Shown here: piece by piece, positions 23,067-35,239 of the stretch
How the letters are laid out: each line of letters opens with the position of its first letter
Position numbering within the stretch: position 1 is the first letter of the stretch
DNA from: Felis catus
Taxonomy: Eukaryota
Direction: 5' to 3'
Length of the DNA stretch: 64,000 nucleotides
NCBI RefSeq assembly: GCF_018350175.1
Contig: NC_058369.1
Coordinates: forward strand, 13,456,001 to 13,520,000
Notes under the pieces: model-generated
What the model was told of the DNA's origin: nothing
Databases searched by the model: none
Seen by the model: the letters and a program-made list of their open reading frames with translations, nothing else
Made by a program: the position numbers and the translations under genes

Positions 23067-23260
23067 CCAACAAGCATTTCTTGAGTGCCTGCTGGAGAGG
23101 CGGCGGGGTGTTCACCCTCTGAAACCGCTCTCCTGGGTCTCCTAGCCTGTTGGGGGGTATGGACGCCTGAGCAGCAGTGACCCCAGGGAGTTGTCAGCTG
23201 CAATGTGGGACGCTCAGGCACTCTTGGAGAAGGCGCCTGACCCAAGCGTTGCTGGGTGGT
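23067..23260 (-). other. IL12RB1: Putative distal IL12RB1 first exon, antisense within MAST3 intron 1 (5' end uncertain)
   Basis: Minus strand reads ATG CTT GTT GG|GTAAAT (23077-23061); strong poly-T/TAG acceptor at 15579-15578 upstream of exon 1. Confidence 0.55.
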
Positions 23261-24200
23261 CTTGGAGCAGAGGAAACAGCGCGGGTGGCAGGGCAGGGGC
23301 GGGGGGGGGGGGTGCATGGGGAAATAAGAGAGTCTGAGGGAAGCTAGAACCTTGGAAGGACGGGGTGGGGGTGGGGTCCGGGAGGGCAGGGGCAGAGATG
23401 AAAGGCAGAAGCACCCCCACCCCCAGGCGTGGCGGGGGCGGGGGCCGCAAGGGGAAAGTCCGAGGCCAGAGACAAGAGCGAGGGGCCTGGGCGTAGGGGA
23501 GGGGGCGGTGAGCGGTGGGGTGTTGTGGGGGGACAGGCCCCGCCCCGAGCCCCAGTTAGACGCGAGCCCGCCCGCGGCCTCTTAAAATAGAGAAACTGCC
23601 TTCGGGTAGGCGAATGGGGGCGCTGCTGACGTCAAGAAGTGGGGGCCTGTTTCATGGGGAAGAGGCACCCGCTCCCTGATGACGAGTCCCATGCTATAAA
23701 AGGGGAAACTGAGGCTCAGAGAAGCCTAGCCCCTGCCCAGGTGTCACAGCACGTAGGTGACAGAGTCAGGATTCGAACCCAGGCAGGTCTGGCTCGCCCT
23801 CTTGCTCTGGGGAGGCAGAGGGACAAGTAGAGATTGCCCAGATGAGTGAGGGAATTCCGGGTGGAGGGCACAGCACGTGCAAAGGCCCAGAAGCATGTAA
23901 CTATATATGTTGCATGGGGAAACTAGAAGCCGGGCTAGGGCCAGGACTGTGAGAGTGGACCCTCTGCTTCAGGGCGTTCCAGTGTCGATTTTGAAGAGGT
24001 TAGATTTTCTCCCTAAGGTGATTGGGAGCTATGGAAAGTGCTGGTGCAAGGGAGGAACACTATCAGACCTGAAGGCTTTGAAAGACTCCTCTGGAGCAGG
24101 TGGGGGCCACAGAGGGGGCCAGAGGCCAGGAAGTTACCTGGAGTAAATAACCAAATAGGAGACCGTGAAAATAATAAAAAATTAGTCATAGTAGATGTAT

Positions 24201-24410
24201 AGAGCTGCCTGGGTGGCTCAGTCAGTTCAGCATCTGACTCTCGACTTTGGCTCAGGTCATGATCTCACTCACAATCATGAGGTTGAGTCCAGTGTTGGGC
24301 TCTGCACGGAGTGTGGAGCCTGCTTGGGATCCTCTCTCTCCCTCTCTCTCTCCCCCTCTCCCCCCACCCTGAAAATAAATAAGTAAACATTTTGAAAAAC
24401 TTAAAAAAAA
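24201..24410 (+). mobile_element. Older Can-SINE
   Basis: gcctgggtggctcagtcagtt, (CT)n, A tail. Confidence 0.85.
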
Positions 24411-25121
24411 TAATAATAGTAGAAATATAAATAATGTCTCACAGTAACAGGCACCCACAAATGCGAAGCACCTTGTGTGCATTTAATTCTCCTAACAGCA
24501 CAAGAGGTCAGTGCTATTATTGGCCTCATTTTTTCAGAGAGGGAGACTGAGGATCAGAGAGGGAAATTAAGAGATTTGGAATGCTAACCAGTCTGGCTTC
24601 TGAGGATGCAAAAACGTGGAGGGCCTGGGTTTGGGGCATAAGCTATCTGGTACCTTAACTCCTCGGAGCTTTGTTAATGGGCCCAGGAGCACCCCCAGCC
24701 AAGCAGGTAGCAGCCTCCTGGTCAGAGCCAGTCAGATACTCTGGAGGCTGACCCTTCCAAAGGTCAAAGAGTCGATTCATAAAAGCTTGAGGAAGTGGAG
24801 GGGACTCAAGTCAGTTGCTGACTGGCTAGTAGAGACCATATCCGTGGGAAGGCTGGCTAATCTGACTGGGGCAGTGCGCTGGGAGGTGGTCAGCAGGAAC
24901 TGGTCTGGCCCTTGGAACCCCAGTTTGCGCTGGGTCAGAGGAAGAGCTGGGAACTGGGCCTTCCCGCTTTGGGTTAAGCTCAGTCTTCTGTGCTGCACTT
25001 ATGGGTGCCGATTAACGTGAGCTTCACTCCTCGCATTGTTATTGCTACGACTACTATTCTTATTAGTCTATCGTTATTTTTTTATCATCTCCCACTTGGG
25101 CCTTTGCTTCACAAGCCACGC

Positions 25122-25308
25122 TTTTTTTTTTTAATTTTATTTTTAAGTATTTATTTATTTATTTAGAGAGAGAGAGAGAATCCCAAGCAGGTTCCACACT
25201 GTCAGCAACAGAGCCCGACTCGGGGCTCGAACTCATGAACCGTGAGATCATGACCTGAGCCGAAATCGAGAGCCGGATGCTTAACCGACTGAACCACCCA
25301 GGCGCCCC
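25122..25308 (-). mobile_element. Can-SINE
   Basis: poly-T, (GA)n, reverse head. Confidence 0.88.
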
Positions 25309-27606
25309 ACGAACCGCAGACTTTTAAAACACCAGATCTCCAAATCCAGGGGCAGTGAAGGTGGCCAGAGCTTGTATCTATCTGAACTTTGTCTCTGCTG
25401 CTGCTGGAGGCATTCCTTGGAAGGTCCATCCTGCATCCTCGTGGCCCAGTTCAACTTACTCTTCTCCTCCAAAAAGCCCTCAGGCTGGTGCTCTGTGGTC
25501 CCTGCTGACTTCTCTCTGCCTTCACTGCAATTGCCAACTTCCCATGGGGCTTGGTGCCAGCCAGCCTGGGTCCTACCCCCACCGCACAGATTCCCACCAG
25601 CCTGACCACCCCCCACCCAGGAAGCCTCTTGGCTCCCCCCCCACCTCCGGCCCCTTCTCTCCCCCTGGGTCTCCCCAGGGCCTCCAGTTGTGGGGGTGTC
25701 CATGCCCCGGGGGGTTTCCTCAGGATGGAGCTGAGGCTTCTGGCTGGGAGGCAGCATTGCCCAGCCCAGCCAAGAACCGAAGAGGTTGCCGTAAATATTA
25801 TCTTCAAAGGGCAGTTCCAAGGGATCGGGCCCCCACCTACTCTGGTCTATGCGGGAGTCACTCCTTGAGAACAGCCGGCAAAGAGGGGGCTGAAGGCGGA
25901 AGCAGATGGCTCTGGGAGCAGCGGGTCCGGGGGCGGTGCCGGGAGAATTCCATGTGGTCCCAGCTTTCCACAGAGCCTTTGCAGGGGGCTGCCGACCTTC
26001 CCTCGCTTCTCTCTGCCACTTTACATCTTTTTGTATTTTGGAAGCAAATTAAAATTTGTGGTTAAATTGGTGGTTATTACTAACCTCACAAAAGCATTGT
26101 CTTGGCACTGATTTATCGAAGCCTCCCCAGTGCCGGGCTCTTAGCTTGTTTCTCGATTCCTCCCAGGACCCTATGGAACCGGGAGGCTTTCCAAACGAAG
26201 AAACTGATGTGAAATTGTTTGGCGGGGGTCACACAGCTCAGATGATGGGGAGCCAGACTGGGAACCCAGGACAGCCAGGGCTTTGGAAGGAAATGGTTGG
26301 GATGGGGGAGGGGGTGCCGGAGCAAGGAAGTCCTGGGCTCAGATGCCAGCGCCTCGCTGTTTCACGGGTTAGAGGAGAGGGGTCAGCTGGCATAAGACCC
26401 CATAACAATTGGAGGGGGCAGCAGGAGGCCTTAATGGTGGTGGTGGTTCCTATGACTGTGATCAATTGCCCTGAACGATAGTGAGCTCTCCATTCCCAGA
26501 GGTATTCAGGCAGACAGAAACACCCCGGGATGGCAGGTCAGCCTCTTCCCACCTTGAACCGCCCGGTTTTGTGGGCTCAGGGTAGCTGGGGTCAGGCCTC
26601 GGGGTGACACCCCTCCTCTTGGACCCTCCTCTTCCCCTGCTGGGGGACCCAACCAACCTCTCCCAGCCCCGTCCGGCACCGGGCAGCTTCCAGCCCCCTT
26701 GAATTGGCTGTGGGGGCTGATGACGTCAGTGGTTGCCATGGTGAACGCCCCGCTCTGGATGTGGGCAGTCCGGAGAGCCCACCTAGGTAAAAATAGTCAT
26801 GTGTCTGTCCTCCACAGGACCGCCCTGGCGTGTGTGTTTGGGGTGGGGGTGGGGGGTAGCAGGGGGGGGTGGGGATGTCCAGAGACCTGGATTCCCTTCC
26901 TTCTCCCTGTCAAGAGACATGGGCAGCCGCCTTCCCTCTGCGCCTCGGTTTCCCAGCCTGAAAAACGGCCCTTGCTCCTGGTCTGTATGTATTAGGTGGC
27001 TCAGTAAAATTTATCAGGTATTACGAGAGTTCACCTAGGCCCTTGCTGAGCTCAACAATAACACAACGCACAACAGCCACGATAATAATGGCTGATCATC
27101 ACTACCCTGGGACCCTCCCGATGTTACCCTCCACCTTGTAGGTGGGAAAATCAAAGCACGAATTGCGCAAGTTACTTGCTCAAGGTCCCACAGCCAGGCA
27201 AGAACAGATAATAAATAGATCTGGACCCAGGTCTGAGTGTCCCTAGATTCTAAGCTTGCGTGACATGGCCTTTTGAGAATTTAGAAACCTTCTTGGGTGA
27301 GCTACATTTGAGGATGGACTCCGGGGTCACCGTGACCCCCAAGTGCACGGCTTTTTGCCCTGCATATGGCGAGGGCACCCAGAAGGGTCTTCAAAAGGGA
27401 GTCACTGATTAGTGCCCCCACCCCCCTTGGGATCCCAAGACACAAATCCACATAAGCTTTGCAGAAGTGACTTTCAGATCTGGGAGGGGGCAGAGTGAGG
27501 ACGAGTCGAGAATCTCCCCTTCCTCGAACAATTGTTACTATTTAGCCACTATTGACATACTTCTTTACAAATACAACTAATTTGTTATTTAAAATAGTGA
27601 AGTTAT

Positions 27607-27853
27607 GGGGGCGCCTGGGTGGCTCAGTGGGTTAAGCGTTCGACTCTTGATTTCAGCTCAGGTCATGATCTCCATGTTCTCGTGAGTTCGAGCCCCGCCT
27701 CGGGTTCTGCGCTGACAGTGCTGAGCCTGCGTGGGATTCTCTCTCTCTCCTCTCTCTCTGTCTCCTCTCTCTCTCTGTCTCTCTGCCCCTCCCCCACTCT
27801 GGCTCCCTCTCTCTCTCAAAATAAATAAGTAAACTTTAAAATAAAAAAAAATA
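27607..27853 (+). mobile_element. Can-SINE
   Basis: head, long (CT)n, A tail; flanking tgaagttat repeat. Confidence 0.9.
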
Positions 27854-28180
27854 ATGAAGTTATTTTTAGTACAAGGAGGGTTTGAGCTAGGCAGGGAGGT
27901 GATTGGGAGTCTGGAGGGCTTTCAGGAGGAAGGGGTGCCTGAGCTGAGGGATGATGTGCAATTGACTAGCACCAGAGGGGAGGGAAGGCAGTCTTGGCAG
28001 AAGACACAGCTGGTGCAAAGGCTCTGAGGCAGGGCAGAACCCAGAATATGGGGCAGCAGAAAAGAGGCATTGGCTGGAGCTGGGTGAGCGAGGGGCCACC
28101 TTCGGGGTGAGGAGGGTGGAGGGCCGGGGATGTGAAGGGCCTGTCTCCTTGGGAATGACCCCTGTTTCCTCTCATTTCAG

Positions 28181-28212
28181 AAGGAGCTGAGCCTGCCACG
28201 CCGGGGACGTGG
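28181..28212 (+). CDS. MAST3: MAST3 exon 2 (KELSLPRRGRG), 32 nt
   Basis: tttcag / GTGAGT. Confidence 0.92.
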
Positions 28213-29299
28213 GTGAGTTCACCTAAGGCCAGTGGGCTGGGCTGGACCCAACGGTCCTGGGCACAGATATTTCAGCGGCAGCCTCCAGACTGTGAATTTA
28301 TTTGATAATTACAACAAAGCTGCTCACCTTGATCCTTTCCCCGGTGTTTGCAAAGTGCTTTGGAAGTGCTTCATTTGGCCCGCCCAAGCTGGGGGCCCAC
28401 GCCAGTTTGCAAATGTGGAGACTGAAGCGCTGTAGGGTTGCACAGCTGGCACAAGGGTATCCAGACTGGAAAAGGAACCCTTGTCTAGCATCTAGAGTCC
28501 AAATTAGAAGATTCCAGCCAAGTATCCTGGAGCCGGCTTGCATGTCTCCCATGACGGGGAGCTCACTGTCAGGGAACACAGGTAGAAAATTGTATCCTTC
28601 AGGGTCACATTAGCATTTTTCTGGAGGCTGGCATTTTCGGATCCCAGAGCTCACAGACCGTTGTGTGTCGTGTCTTTGCTGGTTTACAGACGGGAAAGCA
28701 CAGCCCAGGACGGGGAGGGTTTTGCCTTGTGCTAGTGGTCCGGAGGTGTGTGAGTGTAGAACACCCGCTCTTTGGGGGCTGTGTTTGCCTGAGGGATGGG
28801 AATTCTCTTGTCCGGCAGTGAAATTACCCACTTCACACACTTTTTTGGGGTGCCTACTGTGTATCAGGCCCTGTTCCAGGCATGGGGGGGACACAGAGAC
28901 AAATCGATGCTGGACCCTCCCCATGGAGCTCACACTCTCTTGGGGAGAGTTATGGTGAAGAGATGTACTGCAGGGGAGAAATTAAACAGAGGAGCTGGGG
29001 GTGGGGGTGGGGGGGCTTTAGCCCCGTTGGAGAAGGTAACATTTGAGCCTAGATCTAGAAGAGGAAGAAGAGGCAAGAGGGAAAGTCTGAGGGGAAGAGC
29101 ATTCCAGTTAGAGGGAACAGCATGGGCAAAGGTCCTGGGGTGCAAACCAGCTTGGCATTGAAAGAGCATCATGGAGACGGCAGTAGCTGGAGTGAAGAGA
29201 GCACAGGGGAGGTGAAGGGAGAGAGGAGGGAGGTCCTGGGGTTTGGATGAGAGTTTGAAATCTGATGGTGGGGATGGGGTCAGACTGGCCCCCAAGGCC

Positions 29300-30660
29300 T
29301 GACCATATGTTCTTGATGGACTGGGGATGTGCAGCTGGTGGGGAGGAGCCTGAGGGGCCCGTAGGGGCGGGGCTCCGGCATTGACCGGAAGGCGGGCACA
29401 GTCCCTGGCCTTTGCCCAGGCTCGCGGCGGGGTGGTGGACCGGAATCAGTCAGAACCACGGAGGACAAAGTCCTGGGCCACGGGGCAGAACGAGGACAAA
29501 GACTCCCTGAGAGCTGTCTACTTTCTGCTACCTACCGCGTTCTTGACCGGGTCTAAGTGGGGTGTCGAGGGGGGGCCATAGCCAGACACAACCCCGGAGT
29601 CTTGGGAGCTGGGCTGGGCAAAAGGGAGGGTGGGACTCGGGGCGCCATGGGTTGTTGTGTAGGGACGGCTCCGCCGAAGAGGGGCCCACGGGACCGAACT
29701 GGGATGTGGGTGAGGGGGACGACGCTCCAGACAGGGACCCCAGCGAAGCAAAGGCCTGGAGGCGTGGACCGGCCTCGGATGTGCGTGGGGATGCTGAGAC
29801 CCGCCGCGAGGGGCTGTGCTGAGCGGCAGGCGGTGGGGGAATAGGGACGGGACGCGCTCAGATCCGGGGTCCGAGAGACAACACCCCCCCCCACCACCCC
29901 CGCACCTCCCGGGGAGGGGTGGGGCCAGGTCAGAGACCCGGCCGGGAAGGGGTGGGGCCAGGCGATGGAGCAATAATGCCAATCGAGGAGGCAGTGACCG
30001 CCCTTCCTTTGCGGCCGCGCAGCCCTGGGGCTCGAGACCCGGCAGCCTCGGCGTCCCTCTCTCCGGGAGGGGGTGGCACCTGCCACTCCAGCCTCCCGCA
30101 GCCCGACTTTTCCTGCTGGGCTGGGCCTGCGCGCAGGTGCGGGGCCCGAGCCCCGCCCCGAGGCGGAGAGAGCCCGCCCCCCGCGCCCCCGGCGGCCCGG
30201 CCTCCGCGCCGCCGCGTCCGTCGCGCCCGCCAGGCGTGGTGTCCCCACGTCCGCCTCTGTGGGTCTGTCCGATCGCGCCACCATCAGGGGTTGGGGGCCA
30301 CAAGGAGGGCTTTGGCACCCAGCCGCGTAGACGCAACCCCGGCCTCAGCATGAAGTCTCGCAGGGACAAGCTTCACATCCCGGCGCTGACCCTCGAGTGA
30401 GTGCTTGGCGAAGAAGGGGGGAAATGGGGAGGGAGGAAGAGAGGCCGACAGACAACCGCCCTTCCCCCCGCGTCTCTTTTTAAGTCGCCCAGAGTCAGAC
30501 CGCCGCCGCCTCCGGGGAGCCCTCCCGGGTCATCGGTCATCGGTCAGGCCCCACCCCCGCGGCCTTGGCGAGACCCAGAATCCCGGGCCTTGGGGGCTCC
30601 TTCTCCCTAAGGGAACCTAAGTCCGGGTCCGAATTCGGATTCGGCCACACGCGGGGGCCA
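29300..30660 (+). promoter_or_regulatory. Internal CpG-island promoter for MAST3 exon 1b
   Basis: High CpG density and GC boxes upstream of ATG 30350. Confidence 0.75.
30350..30396 (+). CDS. MAST3: MAST3 alternative first exon 1b (MKSRRDKLHIPALTL)
   Basis: agcATG, donor GTGAGT, phase 2 compatible with exons at 30698 and 38292; MAST-family-type N-terminus. Confidence 0.85.
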
Positions 30661-30697
30661 CCACCAGGTTCACCGTCCCCGGCCTCTTTCTTTACAG

Positions 30698-30787
30698 TCT
30701 GTCTCCGAGCAGCCAGAGCCCATCTTTGCTGAGCCCCAGCAGCCCCTGCAGCCCTTGCAGCCCCTCACTGGGCCTGCATCCCTGGAG
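30698..30787 (+). CDS. MAST3: MAST3 90-nt cassette exon (LSPSSQSPSLLSPSSPCSPCSPSLGLHPW)
   Basis: tttctttacag / GTAAGT, symmetric phase 2-2. Confidence 0.85.
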
Positions 30788-31191
30788 GTAAGTGACAGCA
30801 CTTGGGGGGCGGGGCTCGGACATTGCCCTGACACCCCAGAACCTTGGAAGCCGCCCAGACCCAGCTTCCTCACCAAGGTACTGTGGGCTGGTGACATCAC
30901 CTCTCTGGGCCTCAGTTTACCCCTCCATAAAATGAAACTACTATGCACATTAGGGCCTTGATGGGGGAAATTCCATTTTCAACCACAGCCAACAGGTCCT
31001 CCATCCGACAGGTGGCCAAGGCGAGGCTAGAACTTGAGCTGTGGCCCAAGGACATCCCTGGGACAGATGCTGGGTTCCCAGCCTGCTCTGGGCCCTCCCT
31101 GCTGAATCAGCCTTGCCTTCCAGCCTGTGACCTCCAGGACCCTCCCCACACCCAGCTCAGCTGGCCAGAAAGCTCCTCCCTCTGAATGTAG

Positions 31192-31220
31192 ACACACACA
31201 CACACACACACACACACACA
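31192..31220. repeat. (CA)n microsatellite
   Basis: direct reading. Confidence 0.95.
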
Positions 31221-34200
31221 GCTGAGAGTTCACCGTTAGAGCCCCACGCACTGTACCAGGCAAAGTGGCTTCAGGAGGGAAGAACCAGCTTGACTGAGTG
31301 CCAGCTCTGTACCAAATATCTTCTGTTTCCTGCACAAGCCGAGAGGGAGGCGCCCTTCCTGTCCCCATTTCTCAGCTGAGGAAACTGAGGCTGCGAGGAG
31401 ACGCCACTTCTCCTGGTTCAGTACGTCTGAGGACCGAGCATCAGGGCCAGCTTGGCTACCAGAGTCTGTTGAGGGTTTGAGGCAGCCTCTGTGACTGGCG
31501 CATCTCAGGGTCTTGCCCCCTCTATGGGAGGGAAGATCAGGGTTGTCGTGGGCTCTTCGCACGGCTTGGGAAAAGTTCAGGGAGGTGACAGATGTGTGAG
31601 TCGGTCATGTCTAGAATTCAATGGCCCATCAATCATTTATACCTCAGTATGAACGAACTGATTAGATTCTTTCCATAGACCTTTCGTGGGGAGAAGAGAA
31701 AACAATTTGGAGCCCTCACTGGGTGCTGGGCAACAGACAGTTCCCTTCATTAAGTAGGTACCTACTGTGAGCCAGATGCTAAGGGCATAGCTGTGAACAA
31801 GATTAACGTAATCCTTCCCTCATGGGCCTCTCAGTCAGACCTCTGGAGGGGGGCAGTGAACAAGTGAGGAGACAAACAAGAGCCATTCAGACGGTGACCC
31901 CTTGGGGGAGGTGGTGTTTTAGCCAAGGTCGAGGCAGAGCTAGGGGAAGAGAGGTACCAGGCAACGGGAACTGTATGTGCAAAGGTCCTGAGGCAGGACC
32001 AAGAATTGAAAAGCTTCTGTGGCTGCCTTGGGGGAAGAAAGGTCTGCCGAGAACAAGTGATAGGAAGGGAGGTGGCCAGGATAACATCTGGGTAGAAAAT
32101 GGTGGGGCCTAGACCAGGTCGGGGTATCCAGTGGGGACTGCTGTACCCCCCATTTAGGGGAGGAGGAAACCCAGGACATCAGAGTATGTTGTGCAGAGGT
32201 ACCCTGGGAAAGAGTGTCGGGCCAAATCTCACACCGACTGCTTGGCCTCAACCACCAAGTGAACAACAGCTGAGCCAGTTTACCAGGAGCAAATGGAGGC
32301 AGAGAGTTTGGGGCTCTGAGCAGAAAGCCTCCTCACCCGCCACCAGAGGGCAGCAGAGCCCCATCACCTTGGGCCAGGCAAGGAAATGGGTCCCTGCCTC
32401 CCCTGCTCCAAGGACCCTAGGAATAAGCCCACGTTTGTTCCCTCGGCCTCCAAGTCCCCATGAGTCTGGCCCCTGCCACCTCTTACCTCCCTGTCACCTG
32501 TCTCCCCATCTGGCCCACCATACTCTAGCCATGAGGCTTCCTGGGCTGCCAGAGTATAAGCTGGTCCAGCCTCAGGGCCTTTGCATTTGCTACTCCTCTG
32601 CCCAGAGCTCCATTTCCTCCTTTCTTTGTTTGTCACGTCTCTATCAAGCCCTCAGATAGGAAGCTTTTTCTGAACACAGCCCCCATTCAGGGCCTCCCAA
32701 GCCCCAGATACATCCATCATGCCTGTCCATTTCCCTCACTGAGACTGCATTATGGGTGTGATTTCCATGTTTTCTTGTGTGATTCTTAGGTTATTTTTCT
32801 CACCCAGAGGTTTGGGAGCCCCTTGAGGGCCAGAGCTGGATCTGTCCTCTCTATCCTGGGGCGGGGCCTGGTATACAGCAGGTGCTCAGTTAATGCTTAT
32901 GGCATGGACAAATGGGAAGGAGGTGGGAGGGCTCTGCCTGTGGTGGTGAGCAGGAGGTAATCGAAGAAGGTCGTGAACTCAAGGTCGTGAATTCGGCCCT
33001 CATGGACAAGGGGGCAATAAAAAGCACCGTCAGAAGAATGTTCCCTCTGGGGCCTTGAATGTCAGGGACAGGAAGAATTTGCACTTTTCCATCCAGGGAG
33101 CTAAGAACCATACAGCATATAGAGCTGGGAGGGGTGTGGACAGTGCATGGGCAGGTGGGAAGGGCTTGGGATGGTCAGACCACGGAGGGGTTGAGGGTAG
33201 GGTTCTGTATGCTCACTGGGGCTTTGCCATTTACATAGTCACTTAGCACAAGCAGAGGGAGGCAGGTCCTGAGTTACGGACAGGGCTAGGATCTGAGACC
33301 TAGGAGAGGGATTCACCCAGAAGTGTGGTTTTGCTGTAAAAACACTGAGGAGCCACGGAGGGCGGGTGAGTTGGGGAGGGATGTGATCTGGTGGGCAGGG
33401 GGCTGACGCCAGGCATCGGTGGCTTAGTCAGCCTTTCACGGGAGGCCTTTGCCCCGGCCACAGGCGTTCTGGATTGTCAGCTGCAGCATTGTTCTGCAGA
33501 GGAGGAAACTGAGGCCAGATGGGCGTGGGAGAAGTGGCTGCTGGGGATGCCAGCGCAGTGGGAGTAATGGGGGGCACGGAGGCACTATAGGGTGCCACCA
33601 CAGCTGGGATTGACGGGTAATTCCTTTACGAACTGCGCAGAAGCATCCCTGGCACACATGGTGGGGAGGGTTTGTGGGCACAGTATGTCAGCATATGGTG
33701 ACACCAGACCACGATTCCATCTCTACTTGGGCCTCAAACCAGGTCTGGAATCTACCCACTTTTCCCCACAGCCTCACCCTGGTCCGGGCCCCAGTGTCGT
33801 CCTCCCAGACCCTGTTACAGCCTCTCACTAGCCTCCTGCCACCTGCATTCCTGCCCCTGACAGCTCCTGTTCCCCATGGAAGATGGGGGGGAGGGGCGGA
33901 ATTGACAAACAATTCAGACCATGCCCCTTCCCTGCTCACACGTCCTCCATGGCTCCCCATTGCTTCTCCCGTTACAACTGCACTCTTCCTGCAACGTTTA
34001 CATGTTAAGTCCTGCTGGCCTCTTCCCCTCAGTCTGGTCTCAGGGCTTTTGCACAAGTTGCGCCCTCTGTTGGGAACACTTCCCATGGCTGGCCCCTCTT
34101 CCTTCTCAATGTGTCACCTCCTCAGAGAGGTCTCCTGGCTAAAGTCGCCCTCTGTTCTTTTCCTTCCTTGACTATGGTGTTTGAAATTATCTTGATCATT

Positions 34201-35239
34201 GAGTCGTTTGCTGTTTACTGTCTGCTTCCCCCACCAGACTTGGGGCCTCTGAGGGCAGGGTACTCAGGGTTTAGCACAGGGTCAGGAACACAGTAGTTAC
34301 TCAATAAATGTTGTGTGAGTGAATGACCAGCGAGGGGTGTTTGAGACCCAGGCCCAGGGGACCTGGAGAGCATCAGGAGGACAAACCCAGTAGCTTCCTG
34401 AGGGTGACTGTGGCCATGGCCAAGGCAGGATGGGGAGTCTCTTGAGAAACCTGAGAAGCAAAATTCGTGGCAAGAAGGTTGGGGGGAGTTAGGGTTACAC
34501 ACCAGGCGGGGGCCCCTATCCATGACTTCTCAGATATGGGGTCTGGGCTTCAGCGTCTGGGTTGGTTCCCAAAGCATCATGTGATCTGTGAAGAGGCCAC
34601 CCCCAGGGTGACACTGTCCCTGACTTCTGGGACGGTCATGAGAGGAAGAAGCATTAATTCACTACCTCCTGTGTCAGACGTTCCTATTTCTATGGTGAAC
34701 AGGTACTGCATTCCCAGCCCTTTCTGTGCCTCCGATTCCATTCCATTTTCCTGAGGGGACATCTGCAGAGGGAGAAACAGAGGCCTGGAAGTTAGCCTGA
34801 TGCTAATAACATTTATCACACATTTATCAGGCACTGTTGTGGGTGCCACCTTACGTCTGATTCATGTAATCATCCTATCAGCCCAATTTCCCTCCCATTT
34901 TACACTTGAGAAGACAGGCCTCAGAAGTTAAATCAGGTATCCCCTGAGTCGGGTAGCCAAGTTGATGGCCTTTCCGTCACCATAGACAGGCAAAGCATGT
35001 CCGATGCCCTGATTTCCGTTTGCCCAACACGTCCTTTCTGCCAGTCCAGTGCTGAGAGATGCCGGGGCCTCAGGGAGCCCAAGCCCGAGAAGACAGAGCC
35101 AGAGAGACGAGAAAAGGTTTCCTGGAAGAGGGGACGCTGGATTTTGCCAGGCAGGAAGGACATTCCAAGAAGTGGAGCCACCGTGGGGGGCACGGTGGCA
35201 TGAGCCAGGCCAGGCCCTGGGATAGGTCTCAAGTGCCAC

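Noticed and set aside
29518..30400. Long ORFs (194-283 aa) across the MAST3 exon 1b island
   Set aside because: GC-content artefact; only the final MKSRRDKLHIPALTL segment has splice and homology support
32967..32994. Tandem 14-mer AAGGTCGTGAA(C/T)TC with nuclear-receptor-like half-sites
   Set aside because: Only two copies and imperfect half-sites; simple slippage duplication is sufficient
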